Origin: an uncultured Candidatus Saccharimonas sp.
Lineage (GTDB): Bacteria; Patescibacteriota; Saccharimonadia; Saccharimonadales; Saccharimonadaceae
Length of the DNA: 32,000 bases
Reading direction: 5' to 3'
Assembly: GCA_963528875.1 (NCBI GenBank)
Contig: CAURWT010000002.1
Span: 1 to 32,000 of the forward strand
Position 1 is the first letter of the stretch. Every line of letters begins with the position of its first letter. The position numbers were made by a program, and so were the translations under genes. Below, one piece after another: positions 16,657 to 25,261 of this stretch. Under the pieces are notes generated by a model that saw only the letters and a program-made list of their open reading frames with translations, did no database searches and had not been told where the DNA came from.

Positions 16657-16801
16657 AATTGGTGAACTTTATTTACGTAAATATAAAACTTGGCCATGCG
16701 AGGGTCGTAACAGGGAAAACCCGCTTTCGAAACCACGCGAACGCCAAGCTTTAATCGTGGAAAGTTTAACTAATATTAAATTAATTGGGAGCATAAGTGA
16801 A
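16657..16801 (+). promoter_or_regulatory. ~140-nt 5' leader of rplC containing a GC-rich, potentially structured element
   Basis: 16690-16747 (ttggccatgcgagggtcgtaacagggaaaacccgctttcgaaaccacgcgaacgccaa) is ~57% GC in an AT-rich spacer. ttggc/gccaa and gcg/cgc can close an imperfect long stem, with an internal ggg-aaaa-ccc hairpin (hand-folded only). Confidence 0.4.
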
Positions 16802-17416
16802 ATGAAAACACTTCTCGGTACCAAAATTGGTATGACCCAAATCATCGGTGAAGACGGCGTTGTTACACCAATTACGCTCGTTCAAGCCGGCCCTGTAACT
16901 GTGACTCAGGTTAAAACCGTTGAAACAGACGGCTACAACGCAGTTCAAGTGGCATTTGGTGAGGGTAAGAACCTGAGCAAGGCCGTGGCTGGACATGTAA
17001 AACCAGCAGAGGCAACTCCGAAGCATCTTCGTGAGTTCCGCGTTGACGAAATTCCTGCGGATATAAAAGTTGGCGCTAAAATTAATGTTGAAGCTTTCGA
17101 GCTTGGAGACATTGTTGATGTAACTGGAACAAGCAAAGGTAAAGGTTTTGCTGGAACAGTTAAGCGACACAACTTTAACACAAGCAAGAGTTCGCACGGT
17201 GGAAACGGAAACGTGCGTCGTGTTGGGTCAATCGGCTCAATGTATCCACAAAAAGTCTTCAAAGGTAAAAGAATGCCTGGACGAATGGGTCACGACAAAG
17301 TTACTGTTAAAAATCTAACAGTTGCTTACATCGATGCAGAAAATAACTTAATTGGGCTAAAAGGTGCTGTACCAGGACCAAAGAAGGGTCTTATCAGCAT
17401 TGGAGGTAAAGCATAA
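16802..17416 (+). CDS. rplC: 50S ribosomal protein L3
   Basis: MKTLLGTKIGMTQIIGEDGVVTPITLV is a canonical L3 N-terminus. GGGAG RBS upstream of ATG 16802. The 58 upstream codons of the ORF track cover the promoter and leader. Confidence 0.96.
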   Translation: MKTLLGTKIGMTQIIGEDGVVTPITLVQAGPVTVTQVKTVETDGYNAVQVAFGEGKNLSKAVAGHVKPAEATPKHLREFRVDEIPADIKVGAKINVEAFELGDIVDVTGTSKGKGFAGTVKRHNFNTSKSSHGGNGNVRRVGSIGSMYPQKVFKGKRMPGRMGHDKVTVKNLTVAYIDAENNLIGLKGAVPGPKKGLISIGGKA

Positions 17417-18003
17417 TGGCTGAAAAAACAACTCTTCCAAAAAGCGTTTTTGCAGTTGAAGTTCGAAATCATGAACTATTAAAGCTTGCCTATGACGCTT
17501 ATCTTGCTAACAACCGCTTGGCAAGTGCTACAACAAAACAACGCGGTGAAGTTCGTGGTGGTGGTAAAAAACCATGGCGACAAAAAGGAACTGGTCGCGC
17601 ACGATTTGGATCAATTCGAAACCCAATCTGGCGAGGCGGTGGTATTGTTTTTGGACCACGCGGTAACGAAAACTATACTAAAAAGATTTCGAAAACTTCA
17701 AAACGAGTTGCTCTTCGACAAGCTTTGACAGTTCAAGCTGAAAAAGTTCTTGTTGCAGAAATTAAAACAACTGGTAAAACTGCTGAAGTTGCAAAATTCT
17801 TAAAAGAGAATAATTTGGATCGACGAGTTCTTATCGTTGCTGAAAAAACAGACGAACTTATCCGTGCAACCAATAATATCAGTGAAGCTCTACTTGTTTC
17901 GCCAATGTATCTAAACGTATTTGACATTTTGAATGCAGATCACATTGTTATTGTGCCAAAAGCAATCGAAACAATCGAAAACTGGTTAGGAGGAGAAAAA
18001 TAA
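17416..18003 (+). CDS. rplD: 50S ribosomal protein L4
   Basis: RGGGKKPWRQKGTGRARFGSIRNPIWRGGGIVFGP signature; TAATG overlap. Confidence 0.97.
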   Translation: MAEKTTLPKSVFAVEVRNHELLKLAYDAYLANNRLASATTKQRGEVRGGGKKPWRQKGTGRARFGSIRNPIWRGGGIVFGPRGNENYTKKISKTSKRVALRQALTVQAEKVLVAEIKTTGKTAEVAKFLKENNLDRRVLIVAEKTDELIRATNNISEALLVSPMYLNVFDILNADHIVIVPKAIETIENWLGGEK

Positions 18004-18338
18004 TGGCGATCAAACCTATTACTCCACGAGCGACTGAGAAAGCTTATGCTCTTTCTACAACAAAAAATGTTTACGTATTTAATGTACCGCTAACTTTGAA
18101 TAAGAATCAAATCAAAGAAGCGATTGAAAAAGAGTTTGAAGTAACTGTAACTGGCGTTCGAACTGTTGTTCAAGCTGGTAAAACTAAACGAATCAACAAA
18201 TCTCGAAATCCAAAACGATATGTTGCAGGTTTAACAACTCAAAAAGATATTAAGAAAGCTTATGTAACCGTAAAAGAAGGTGATAAGATTGCAATCTTCG
18301 AAGGTACTGAAGCTGAAACTGCTGAGGAGAAGAAGTAA
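18003..18338 (+). CDS. rplW: 50S ribosomal protein L23
   Basis: 111 aa. Position between L4 and L2; ATEKAY...VYVFNV...IKKAYVTVKEGDKI pattern; AGGAGG RBS. Confidence 0.93.
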   Translation: MAIKPITPRATEKAYALSTTKNVYVFNVPLTLNKNQIKEAIEKEFEVTVTGVRTVVQAGKTKRINKSRNPKRYVAGLTTQKDIKKAYVTVKEGDKIAIFEGTEAETAEEKK

Positions 18339-19183
18339 TGGCTATTAAAAAATACAACCCTACGACTCCTGCTCGACGCGGTATGACGACTGAAGACTAT
18401 AGTGAAATTACAACTCGAAAACCGCTAAAAAGTCTTCTTAAAGCGAAAAAGCAAAACGCTGGACGCAATAACTCTGGTCGAATTACGGTTCGACACCGAG
18501 GTGGTGGTGTTAAACGACATTACCGAATCTTAACTCACAAATTGCCAACAGGTTTGACTTTGACTGTTCGAGAAATTGAATACGATCCAAACCGAAGTGC
18601 GCGAATTGCTCGAGTTCAAGATCAAGATGGTAAATTCTACTATGTATTGGCTGATACATCAATGTTCCAAGGTAAAGTTTTCCAAACTGGTAAAAAAGAT
18701 ATTGAAATTGAAGCTTCAAACCGAATGCCACTTTCAGAAATTCCTGTTGGTTCATTGATTTACGCAATCGAAATCACACCAGGAAAAGGTGCGCAAATGG
18801 TTCGTTCAGCCGGAGCTAAAGCTCAGTTGATGGCGAAAGAAGGTGACTACGCTCAGGTAAAATTACCTTCAGGTGAAGTTCGAAAATTCCGATTGGAAGC
18901 AGAAGCAACTCTTGGAACAGTTGGAAATATTCAGCATCAAAACGTTAAACTTGGTTCTGCTGGTCGAAATCGCCGTAAAGGTATTCGCCCAACAGTTCGT
19001 GGTGTTGTTATGAATGCTGTAGATCACCCACATGGTGGTGGTGACGGCGGACGACACGGAATCGGTCGCTCAACTCCACGCACACCTTGGGGTCAACCAA
19101 CTCTCGGCTACAAAACTCGCCGACGTAAGAGTACTAATAAATTTATCGTGAAGAGTCGTCACGAAGCTAAGAGGAGAAAATAA
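18338..19183 (+). CDS. rplB: 50S ribosomal protein L2
   Basis: GRNNSGRITVRHRGGGVKRHYR and MNAVDHPHGGGDGG motifs. Confidence 0.98.
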   Translation: MAIKKYNPTTPARRGMTTEDYSEITTRKPLKSLLKAKKQNAGRNNSGRITVRHRGGGVKRHYRILTHKLPTGLTLTVREIEYDPNRSARIARVQDQDGKFYYVLADTSMFQGKVFQTGKKDIEIEASNRMPLSEIPVGSLIYAIEITPGKGAQMVRSAGAKAQLMAKEGDYAQVKLPSGEVRKFRLEAEATLGTVGNIQHQNVKLGSAGRNRRKGIRPTVRGVVMNAVDHPHGGGDGGRHGIGRSTPRTPWGQPTLGYKTRRRKSTNKFIVKSRHEAKRRK

Positions 19184-19450
19184 ATGAGTCGTTCATTGAA
19201 AAAAGGTCCGTTTATCGACTTCAAGCTTGCTAAAAAAGTAGCGGCTCTTGGAGCAGATGATCGAACAGTGATTAAAACTTGGGCTCGCTCAAGCACAATT
19301 ACACCAGAAATGGTTGGTCGAACTATCGCTGTTCACAATGGTCGTTTACATATTCCTGTATATATTTCAGAGAATATGGTCGGACACAAACTTGGTGAAT
19401 TTGCGCCAACACGTAAATTCCGAAAACACGGCGGAAAGGATAAGAAATAA
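19184..19450 (+). CDS. rpsS: 30S ribosomal protein S19
   Basis: [12 protein letters not shown] ... [17 protein letters not shown]; AGGAG RBS. Confidence 0.98.
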   Translation: MSRSLKKGPFIDFKLAKKVAALGADDRTVIKTWARSSTITPEMVGRTIAVHNGRLHIPVYISENMVGHKLGEFAPTRKFRKHGGKDKK

Positions 19451-19866
19451 TGGCTAATGTAACAACTCGTGCCTATATCAAAGGTATTGGTCAGACTCCA
19501 CGAAAAGTTTCAATCGTGGCAAGTCTTGTTCGTGGTCGAACTGTTGCTGATGCATTAGTAATTCTTGACCACACTCCACGCCGAAGTGCCTTGGCTGTTA
19601 AAAAAGCTATTCAATCAGCTGCAGCTAATGCAAAAAACAATGATAATGCTGATCCAAAAACTCTTGTAATCACAACTTTGTCGGTTACTGCTGGATCGCG
19701 ATTGAAGCGATTTAAACCTCATATGCGAGGAATGGCGCTTCCTTTCCAAAAGAAAACTTCAAACATTTTGGTCGAAGTTTCTGGCGTTGTTAAAGAGAAG
19801 AAAGCTCCAGCTAAAAAAGCTGAAGTTAAGAAAACTACTGCGAAAGCAGAGAAAGAGAGCAAATAA
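19450..19866 (+). CDS. rplV: 50S ribosomal protein L22 with Lys/Ala-rich C-terminal tail
   Basis: RAYIKGIGQTPRKVSIVASLVRGRTVADALVIL, typical L22. Tail is KEKKAPAKKAEVKKTTAKAEKESK. Confidence 0.96.
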   Translation: MANVTTRAYIKGIGQTPRKVSIVASLVRGRTVADALVILDHTPRRSALAVKKAIQSAAANAKNNDNADPKTLVITTLSVTAGSRLKRFKPHMRGMALPFQKKTSNILVEVSGVVKEKKAPAKKAEVKKTTAKAEKESK

Positions 19867-20501
19867 TGGGTCAAAAAGTTAATCCAATTAGCTTCCGTTT
19901 GCAAGCTCATAAAAACTGGGATTCACGATGGTTTGCTCAGAAAAAAGATTTTGCAAAATTCTTGATTGAAGATGACAAAATTCGAAAAACTATCGAAAAA
20001 CGATTCGAAAGTCGACCAACAATTGATCGAATCGAAATTGAACGAACAGAAAACCTTATCACTGTTTCAATTCATACAGCAAAAGCTGGTGTTGTAATTG
20101 GTCGCGGTGGCGCTGGCGTTCAAGAACTTAAAACTCAACTTGAAAAAATGGTGAGTTTACCGGTTCGAATTAATATTGAAGAAGTTCGCCGACCAGAGCT
20201 TTCGGCCAAATTGGTTGCTGAAAATATTGCTAGACAATTGGAACGACGAATCAACTTCCGCCGAGCCGTTAAAATGGCGTTACAAAATACAATGCAAGCA
20301 GGCGCAAAAGGTGTTCGTATTGAGGTTGCTGGACGGTTGAATGGAGCTGAAATGAGCCGCCGTGAGAAATTCTCTGAAGGATCTGTTCCTCTTCATACAA
20401 TTCGCGCAGATATCAACTATCACGGAGCACGTTCGCAAACTCCTGCTGGTATTATCGGCGTAAAAGTTTGGATTAATAAAGGTGAAAGGAACGATAAGTA
20501 A
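19866..20501 (+). CDS. rpsC: 30S ribosomal protein S3
   Basis: [12 protein letters not shown] ... KH-domain [11 protein letters not shown] ... [11 protein letters not shown]. Confidence 0.98.
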   Translation: MGQKVNPISFRLQAHKNWDSRWFAQKKDFAKFLIEDDKIRKTIEKRFESRPTIDRIEIERTENLITVSIHTAKAGVVIGRGGAGVQELKTQLEKMVSLPVRINIEEVRRPELSAKLVAENIARQLERRINFRRAVKMALQNTMQAGAKGVRIEVAGRLNGAEMSRREKFSEGSVPLHTIRADINYHGARSQTPAGIIGVKVWINKGERNDK

Positions 20502-20920
20502 TGGCTATTTTATTACCAAAGAAAACCGCTCACCGAAAAGTTCGAAAAGGTAAAAATCCAGGCCGAGCAACTCGTGGAAACACTGTTGCCTTCGGTGACT
20601 ATGGATTGGTTAGCCTTGAGAACGAGCGAATCAACTCGCGACAAATCGAATCAGCCCGAACAGCTATGACTCGTTATATTAAGCGTGGAGGTCAGGTTTG
20701 GATTCGAATATTCCCGCACACACCAGTTACTCGAAAACCGCAAGATGTGAAAATGGGTAGCGGTAAGGGAAACCCAGAATTCTTTGTGGCTAAAGTTAAA
20801 GCTGGAACAGTCATGTTCGAAATGAACGGTGTTTCAGAAGAAGTTGCACGCGAAGCTATGCGACTTGCTGGCCACAAACTTCCAGTAAAAGTTAAATTCG
20901 TAAAGAAAGGTGAAATCTAA
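20501..20920 (+). CDS. rplP: 50S ribosomal protein L16
   Basis: RKVRKGK ... [21 protein letters not shown] ... [22 protein letters not shown]. Confidence 0.97.
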   Translation: MAILLPKKTAHRKVRKGKNPGRATRGNTVAFGDYGLVSLENERINSRQIESARTAMTRYIKRGGQVWIRIFPHTPVTRKPQDVKMGSGKGNPEFFVAKVKAGTVMFEMNGVSEEVAREAMRLAGHKLPVKVKFVKKGEI

Positions 20921-20921
20921 T

Positions 20922-21191
20922 ATGGCGACTACATTGACAGGTGTTGTTTCGAGCGCTAAAGCCGACAAAACTATCACCGTAACAGTTCATAGCCGTGAAA
21001 CACACCCAATTTACGGCAAGCAATATACTGTAACTCGAAAATATACTGCTCATGATGAAAACAATGAAGCTGGTGAAGGTGACAAAGTTATCATCAAAGA
21101 AGTTCGACCAATTTCGAAAACTAAGAGTTTTGCTTTAGTTGAAATTGTTGAGAAAGCTCGAGGTTCAGTAGAATTGAAAGAGGAGGCATAA
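20922..21191 (+). CDS. rpsQ: 30S ribosomal protein S17
   Basis: [18 protein letters not shown] ... [34 protein letters not shown] 20922 lies 1 nt after the rplP stop (GTG 20910 is the alternative). There is no room for rpmC between L16 and S17. Confidence 0.95.
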   Translation: MATTLTGVVSSAKADKTITVTVHSRETHPIYGKQYTVTRKYTAHDENNEAGEGDKVIIKEVRPISKTKSFALVEIVEKARGSVELKEEA

Positions 21192-21559
21192 TGATTCAGC
21201 AAGAAAGCCGACTTAAAGTAACAGATAACAGTGGTGCAAAAGAGATCCTTTGTATTCGTGTACTAGGTGGTTCAAAACGCCGATATGCACGAGTTGGTGA
21301 TATCATTGTCGCTACCGTTAAAGATGCTAACCCAACTGGTAACATTAAGAAAAAATCAGTTGTGAAAGCCGTTGTTGTGCGAACTCGCGACCAAATTCGT
21401 CGAAAAGATGGTTCAACTATTTGTTTCGATGATAATGCGGCCGTAATTATCGCCGACGACAAAACTCCAAAAGCGACTCGCGTATTTGGTCCAGTACCAC
21501 GCGAACTTCGTGACTTAGGATACAACAAAATTATCAGCTTAGCTCCGGAGGTGCTCTAA
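21191..21559 (+). CDS. rplN: 50S ribosomal protein L14
   Basis: [27 protein letters not shown], canonical L14. Confidence 0.98.
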   Translation: MIQQESRLKVTDNSGAKEILCIRVLGGSKRRYARVGDIIVATVKDANPTGNIKKKSVVKAVVVRTRDQIRRKDGSTICFDDNAAVIIADDKTPKATRVFGPVPRELRDLGYNKIISLAPEVL

Positions 21560-21560
21560 T

Positions 21561-21824
21561 ATGGCGTTAAATGGAATTGTTAAGGGTGATAATGTTGTAA
21601 TTATCAGCGGAAAAGATAAAGGTGTTACTGGTGAAGTTGTAAAAGTTTTACCAAAGAAAAATGCTGTTTTGGTTGAAGGCGTTGGCAAAAAACATCGCCA
21701 CATCAAACCAAATCAATTCAATCCGCGCGGTGGAGTAAAAGACATTCATGTTCCAACTCCAGTTCATAAAGTTAAAAAAGTAGAAGCTAAAAGCGCTAAA
21801 TCAAGCAAAAAAGGAGATAAATAA
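21561..21824 (+). CDS. rplX: 50S ribosomal protein L24
   Basis: KOW motif GDNVVIISGKDKGVTGEVVKV; GGAGG RBS. Confidence 0.95.
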   Translation: MALNGIVKGDNVVIISGKDKGVTGEVVKVLPKKNAVLVEGVGKKHRHIKPNQFNPRGGVKDIHVPTPVHKVKKVEAKSAKSSKKGDK

Positions 21825-22402
21825 TGGCTAAAACTACTGTTTATGTTCCTCGCTTGAAAACTCTTTACAAAGATAAAATTGCTAAAGAACTCCAAAGCGA
21901 ACTAGAGCTAACAAATATCCACCAAGTTCCAAAGCTTGAAAAAATCGTTGTTAGCGTAGGAACAGGTAAGAAAAAGGAAGACAAACGTTTTCAAGAAGTT
22001 GTAAAAAATACAATTACAAAAATCACTGGTCAAGTTCCAGTAGAACGTTTACCTAAAAAATCAATTGCGACCTTTAAAATTCGTGGTGGAATGGGTGCCC
22101 CAATTGGCCATAGTGTAACTTTGCGTGGTGATCGAATGTATGAATTTCTTGATCGCCTAGTAAATGTAGCTTTGCCTCGCGTGCGTGACTTCCATGGTGT
22201 TGGAGCAAAAGGTTTCGATAAAGGTGGAAATTACAATTTGGGAATTTTAGAACAATCTGTTTTCCCAGAGCTAACTTTTGAAGAAACTCAAATTCTTCAC
22301 GGTTTGCAGGTAACTTTCGTAATCAAAAACGAAGGTGAAGCTCACAGTCGAGCATTGCTTGAAAAATTCGGAATTCCATTTGAAAAGAAAGGAAAAGCGT
22401 AA
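21824..22402 (+). CDS. rplE: 50S ribosomal protein L5
   Basis: [16 protein letters not shown] ... [16 protein letters not shown] ... [19 protein letters not shown]. Confidence 0.97.
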   Translation: MAKTTVYVPRLKTLYKDKIAKELQSELELTNIHQVPKLEKIVVSVGTGKKKEDKRFQEVVKNTITKITGQVPVERLPKKSIATFKIRGGMGAPIGHSVTLRGDRMYEFLDRLVNVALPRVRDFHGVGAKGFDKGGNYNLGILEQSVFPELTFEETQILHGLQVTFVIKNEGEAHSRALLEKFGIPFEKKGKA

Positions 22403-22671
22403 TGGCTAAAAAATCAATGATTGCAAAAGACTTGAAACGCAAAAAAATGATTGAAAAATATGCTGCAAAACGCGCCGAATTGAAAGCTGCTGGCGACCAA
22501 GAAGGTCTTCAAAAGCTTCCACGCAACTCAAGTCCTACACGACTTAAAAACCGCGACAATTTTGATGGTCGACCACGCGGTTATATGCGACGATTTGGTA
22601 TGAGCCGAATCACTTTCCGCATTAAAGCCTCAAAGGGTGAAATCCCAGGCGTAACAAAAAGTAGTTGGTAG
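22402..22671 (+). CDS. rpsN: 30S ribosomal protein S14 (long, Cys-free form)
   Basis: [20 protein letters not shown] ... [20 protein letters not shown]. 89 aa, no CxxC zinc motif. Confidence 0.95.
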   Translation: MAKKSMIAKDLKRKKMIEKYAAKRAELKAAGDQEGLQKLPRNSSPTRLKNRDNFDGRPRGYMRRFGMSRITFRIKASKGEIPGVTKSSW

Positions 22672-22686
22672 AAGGAAGGAGAGACT

Positions 22687-23088
22687 ATGTCATTACAATC
22701 AACTGACCCAATCGCCGACCTTCTAACTCGCATTCGAAATGCGGCAATGGTTGGCAAGAACGAAATTCGCGTTCCTTCAAGCAAATTGAAAGAAGTTGTA
22801 GCGAAAGAGCTTGCAAAAGCTAACTATATTGAATCTGTTGAAGTTGAATCAGCAAAACCTCGCGATATCTTGGTGGTTAAAATCACAAAAGAAGGTGAAG
22901 CTGCTCGCTTTAATGAATTAACTCGAATGAGTAAACCAGGACGCCGAATGTATGTTGGCGTAGAAGAAATCCCACGCGTTAAAAGTGGTCGTGGAATGGT
23001 TCTACTTTCAACATCAAAAGGTGTTATGAATGGTTTCGAAGCCAAGAAACAACGACTCGGCGGTGAACTATTGCTAAAAGTTTGGTAA
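22687..23088 (+). CDS. rpsH: 30S ribosomal protein S8
   Basis: TDPIADLLTRIRNA signature; AAGGAG RBS. Confidence 0.97.
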   Translation: MSLQSTDPIADLLTRIRNAAMVGKNEIRVPSSKLKEVVAKELAKANYIESVEVESAKPRDILVVKITKEGEAARFNELTRMSKPGRRMYVGVEEIPRVKSGRGMVLLSTSKGVMNGFEAKKQRLGGELLLKVW

Positions 23089-23106
23089 TCTGAACTTTAG
23101 AAAAAG

Positions 23107-23150
23107 ACAATAAAAAATAAGCTTTTTACTGAGAGCTTATTTTTTATTGT
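23107..23150. terminator. Bidirectional terminator between rpsH and the convergent GH15 gene
   Basis: Perfect 17-bp inverted repeat: acaataaaaaataagct (23107-23123) / agcttattttttattgt (23134-23150), 10-nt loop, with T-runs on both strands. Confidence 0.85.
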
Positions 23151-23295
23151 ATATTATCTTTTTTTACTATAGACAGATTATTTCAGAAAACAACCTTTGG
23201 TAAAAAGTAGCTCTTTAAGGAGTTAACTAGGTATTTGTAAACGTAAATTTCGCCAGGTTTTTGAAACTATTAGCACTAATAATTATGGGTCTTTT

Positions 23296-25260
23296 TTATT
23301 CTTCTTCAAAAGCGACTAAATCTAATAAAGCTGAAACATATTCTGCTTGAGACCAAGTTAGCGGCGCAACCGAAAGATGCTTTAAATTACGTGGATCAAT
23401 CTGTTCAGGTAAAATTCCCGTTGAAGTTTGTTGCTTTAGAACCCATTTGATAATTTCCTCCGCTTTCGAAATTTCACCAAGAGCAATATAAAATTCTGCA
23501 CGCCAAAGTGTCGTTATCGGCCAAATATTTGCTTCGTAATCATCGCCAAATTTATAGTAAATATCATTTTCGAATCTTGGAAGCCCAATATTATCATTAG
23601 CTTTAAAACGATTTTCAAGAGTTTTAAAAGCAGTCTGTAATTTTTCACCTTTAAATTCAAAAAGGTTAAACATAAATGCACCATAAAAACTTGATGAATC
23701 AATTTTTGGGTCTTTATTGCCATCAGCCCAAATTCCACGATAGAAGTAATTACTTTCTTCATTAAAAAGCTCGTTTTGTGCAGCAGAACGAATTTTTAAA
23801 GCTTGCTCGCCCCATTTTTTTGCATCATGCACGCGATTTGCAGCTTGAGCTAATTTTGAAGCAGAGTATAATGCCGCAAAAACAACCGAAGTCGAATAAG
23901 TTGTTGAAAGAAAATCCATCTCCCAAAGCTCATAATTTGGTTTTGGTAAATCATTTTCACCACAAAAATCTACTAAAAAATTAGCAGTCGGCTTCACCAA
24001 ATCATCATAAAATTCATTCAAAATTGAGTTCTCACGAAATTTTTTATAATATTGAGCAAATAAGAAAAGTATTCCTGCGGTTTCATCAATCTGAATAGGT
24101 AGATTTCGAGTATCGCCACCTTGTGAATATGGGTGCCAGCTTGGACCAAGTTCACCATTCGGTAAATATTTATGCATCATAAATCCTCCCAAAGTTAACG
24201 ATCTTTTGCAAAATTCAAAAAACTTTTGAGGTTCATCACGATAGCCAATACGAATCAATGGCCAAATTGCAAAAAGAGCATCACGAGGCCAGCAATAAGA
24301 ATAATCGTCTCGCGCATAATTTAACATTTCACTATCATTACTAGCAATTGGTGCACCAGTTTTCGCAAGATGAGATTTAACTAGCATTAAACTTTGAATA
24401 AAACTTTTTTGATATTTTGAATCAAGTTTTTTTGAAACTCGTAAAGCAGGTGAGAGCCATTTTTGCCAATATTTTTTGGTCTCATTTAAAGCTTTCGAAA
24501 AGCCATTATCTCTAACCTTTTGAAGATTTGTACGAGCAAGCTCGTGGTCATCGGCGCAAGAAATTGAGTATTGAAAATTTGCATTATCAAAAATACCAAG
24601 ATAAAAATTAAACCCAACAACCGAATCGGTCTGTCCATGCTCAACATTTGAGCCCGAAAGAATGCCATCTTCCGCATCGACCCAAGAGCCAAGCTTATTT
24701 TCAATCCCAAACAAGCCAACCGTATGCTGGTCAAAATCTTCAAAAATATTCTGAAGAGGTTTTTCGAAAACTCTTTGAGCAGAAATAATGAAAGCACGTT
24801 TTCCGCGATAGTGCAAAATCGCCTTTTCATTATTTTCGAAAGGCAAGAATTGAACGGTATCGGCCAAGTGAAAACTGCTGTTAATTGCAAAATTTTGATG
24901 CAAAAAAAGCTGAACTTCACGCGGGTAATTTGCAAGATTTTGAACTTGGATTTTTCGCCCAAAAACATCAAAATCACTCACTATAAAATCGGTGAAAGTT
25001 ATTTTAATTTGAAGCTCTTGATTAATAGCTTCAGTTTTTGAGATTAAGGCATTTTCAAAATATTCAACCGAAAATCGCCACTCACCAGAATTGAGCCAAG
25101 AAAAATTATTGCCAATTTTAATTCCGACGCGATGAAAAAGGTCGCGGCCAAGTGTATGATTTTCATAACCGTTATCTGGAAAATAAAAATCGCTCACTAG
25201 ACCAAATTCATTTAACCCGATATTTAAATTACCATTGCTTAAAATTGCTGTTTTTGCCAT
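23296..25260 (-). CDS. glycoside hydrolase family 15 (glucoamylase/glucodextranase-like)
   Basis: 654 aa. N-terminal beta-rich domain plus a catalytic (alpha/alpha)6-type region with YSYCWPRDALF (GH15 WxRD motif) and LPEQIDP. Confidence 0.85.
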   Translation of the reverse strand: MAKTAILSNGNLNIGLNEFGLVSDFYFPDNGYENHTLGRDLFHRVGIKIGNNFSWLNSGEWRFSVEYFENALISKTEAINQELQIKITFTDFIVSDFDVFGRKIQVQNLANYPREVQLFLHQNFAINSSFHLADTVQFLPFENNEKAILHYRGKRAFIISAQRVFEKPLQNIFEDFDQHTVGLFGIENKLGSWVDAEDGILSGSNVEHGQTDSVVGFNFYLGIFDNANFQYSISCADDHELARTNLQKVRDNGFSKALNETKKYWQKWLSPALRVSKKLDSKYQKSFIQSLMLVKSHLAKTGAPIASNDSEMLNYARDDYSYCWPRDALFAIWPLIRIGYRDEPQKFFEFCKRSLTLGGFMMHKYLPNGELGPSWHPYSQGGDTRNLPIQIDETAGILFLFAQYYKKFRENSILNEFYDDLVKPTANFLVDFCGENDLPKPNYELWEMDFLSTTYSTSVVFAALYSASKLAQAANRVHDAKKWGEQALKIRSAAQNELFNEESNYFYRGIWADGNKDPKIDSSSFYGAFMFNLFEFKGEKLQTAFKTLENRFKANDNIGLPRFENDIYYKFGDDYEANIWPITTLWRAEFYIALGEISKAEEIIKWVLKQQTSTGILPEQIDPRNLKHLSVAPLTWSQAEYVSALLDLVAFEEE

Positions 25261-25261
25261 T

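Noticed and set aside
16628-16801. 58-codon N-terminal extension of L3 in the ORF track (MIFKDICARIIGELYL...)
   Set aside because: The extension begins at the TTG that is itself the -35 hexamer, and it covers the promoter and leader. A canonical L3 N-terminus (MKTLLGTKIGMTQ) with a GGGAG RBS starts at 16802.
23151-23295. 145-nt spacer between the GH15 stop and the bidirectional terminator as a possible small RNA or small ORF
   Set aside because: I could not find a convincing promoter, stable hairpin or RBS-preceded ORF; the only ATG frame is 21 codons with no RBS. It is most simply a long 3' UTR of the GH15 gene.
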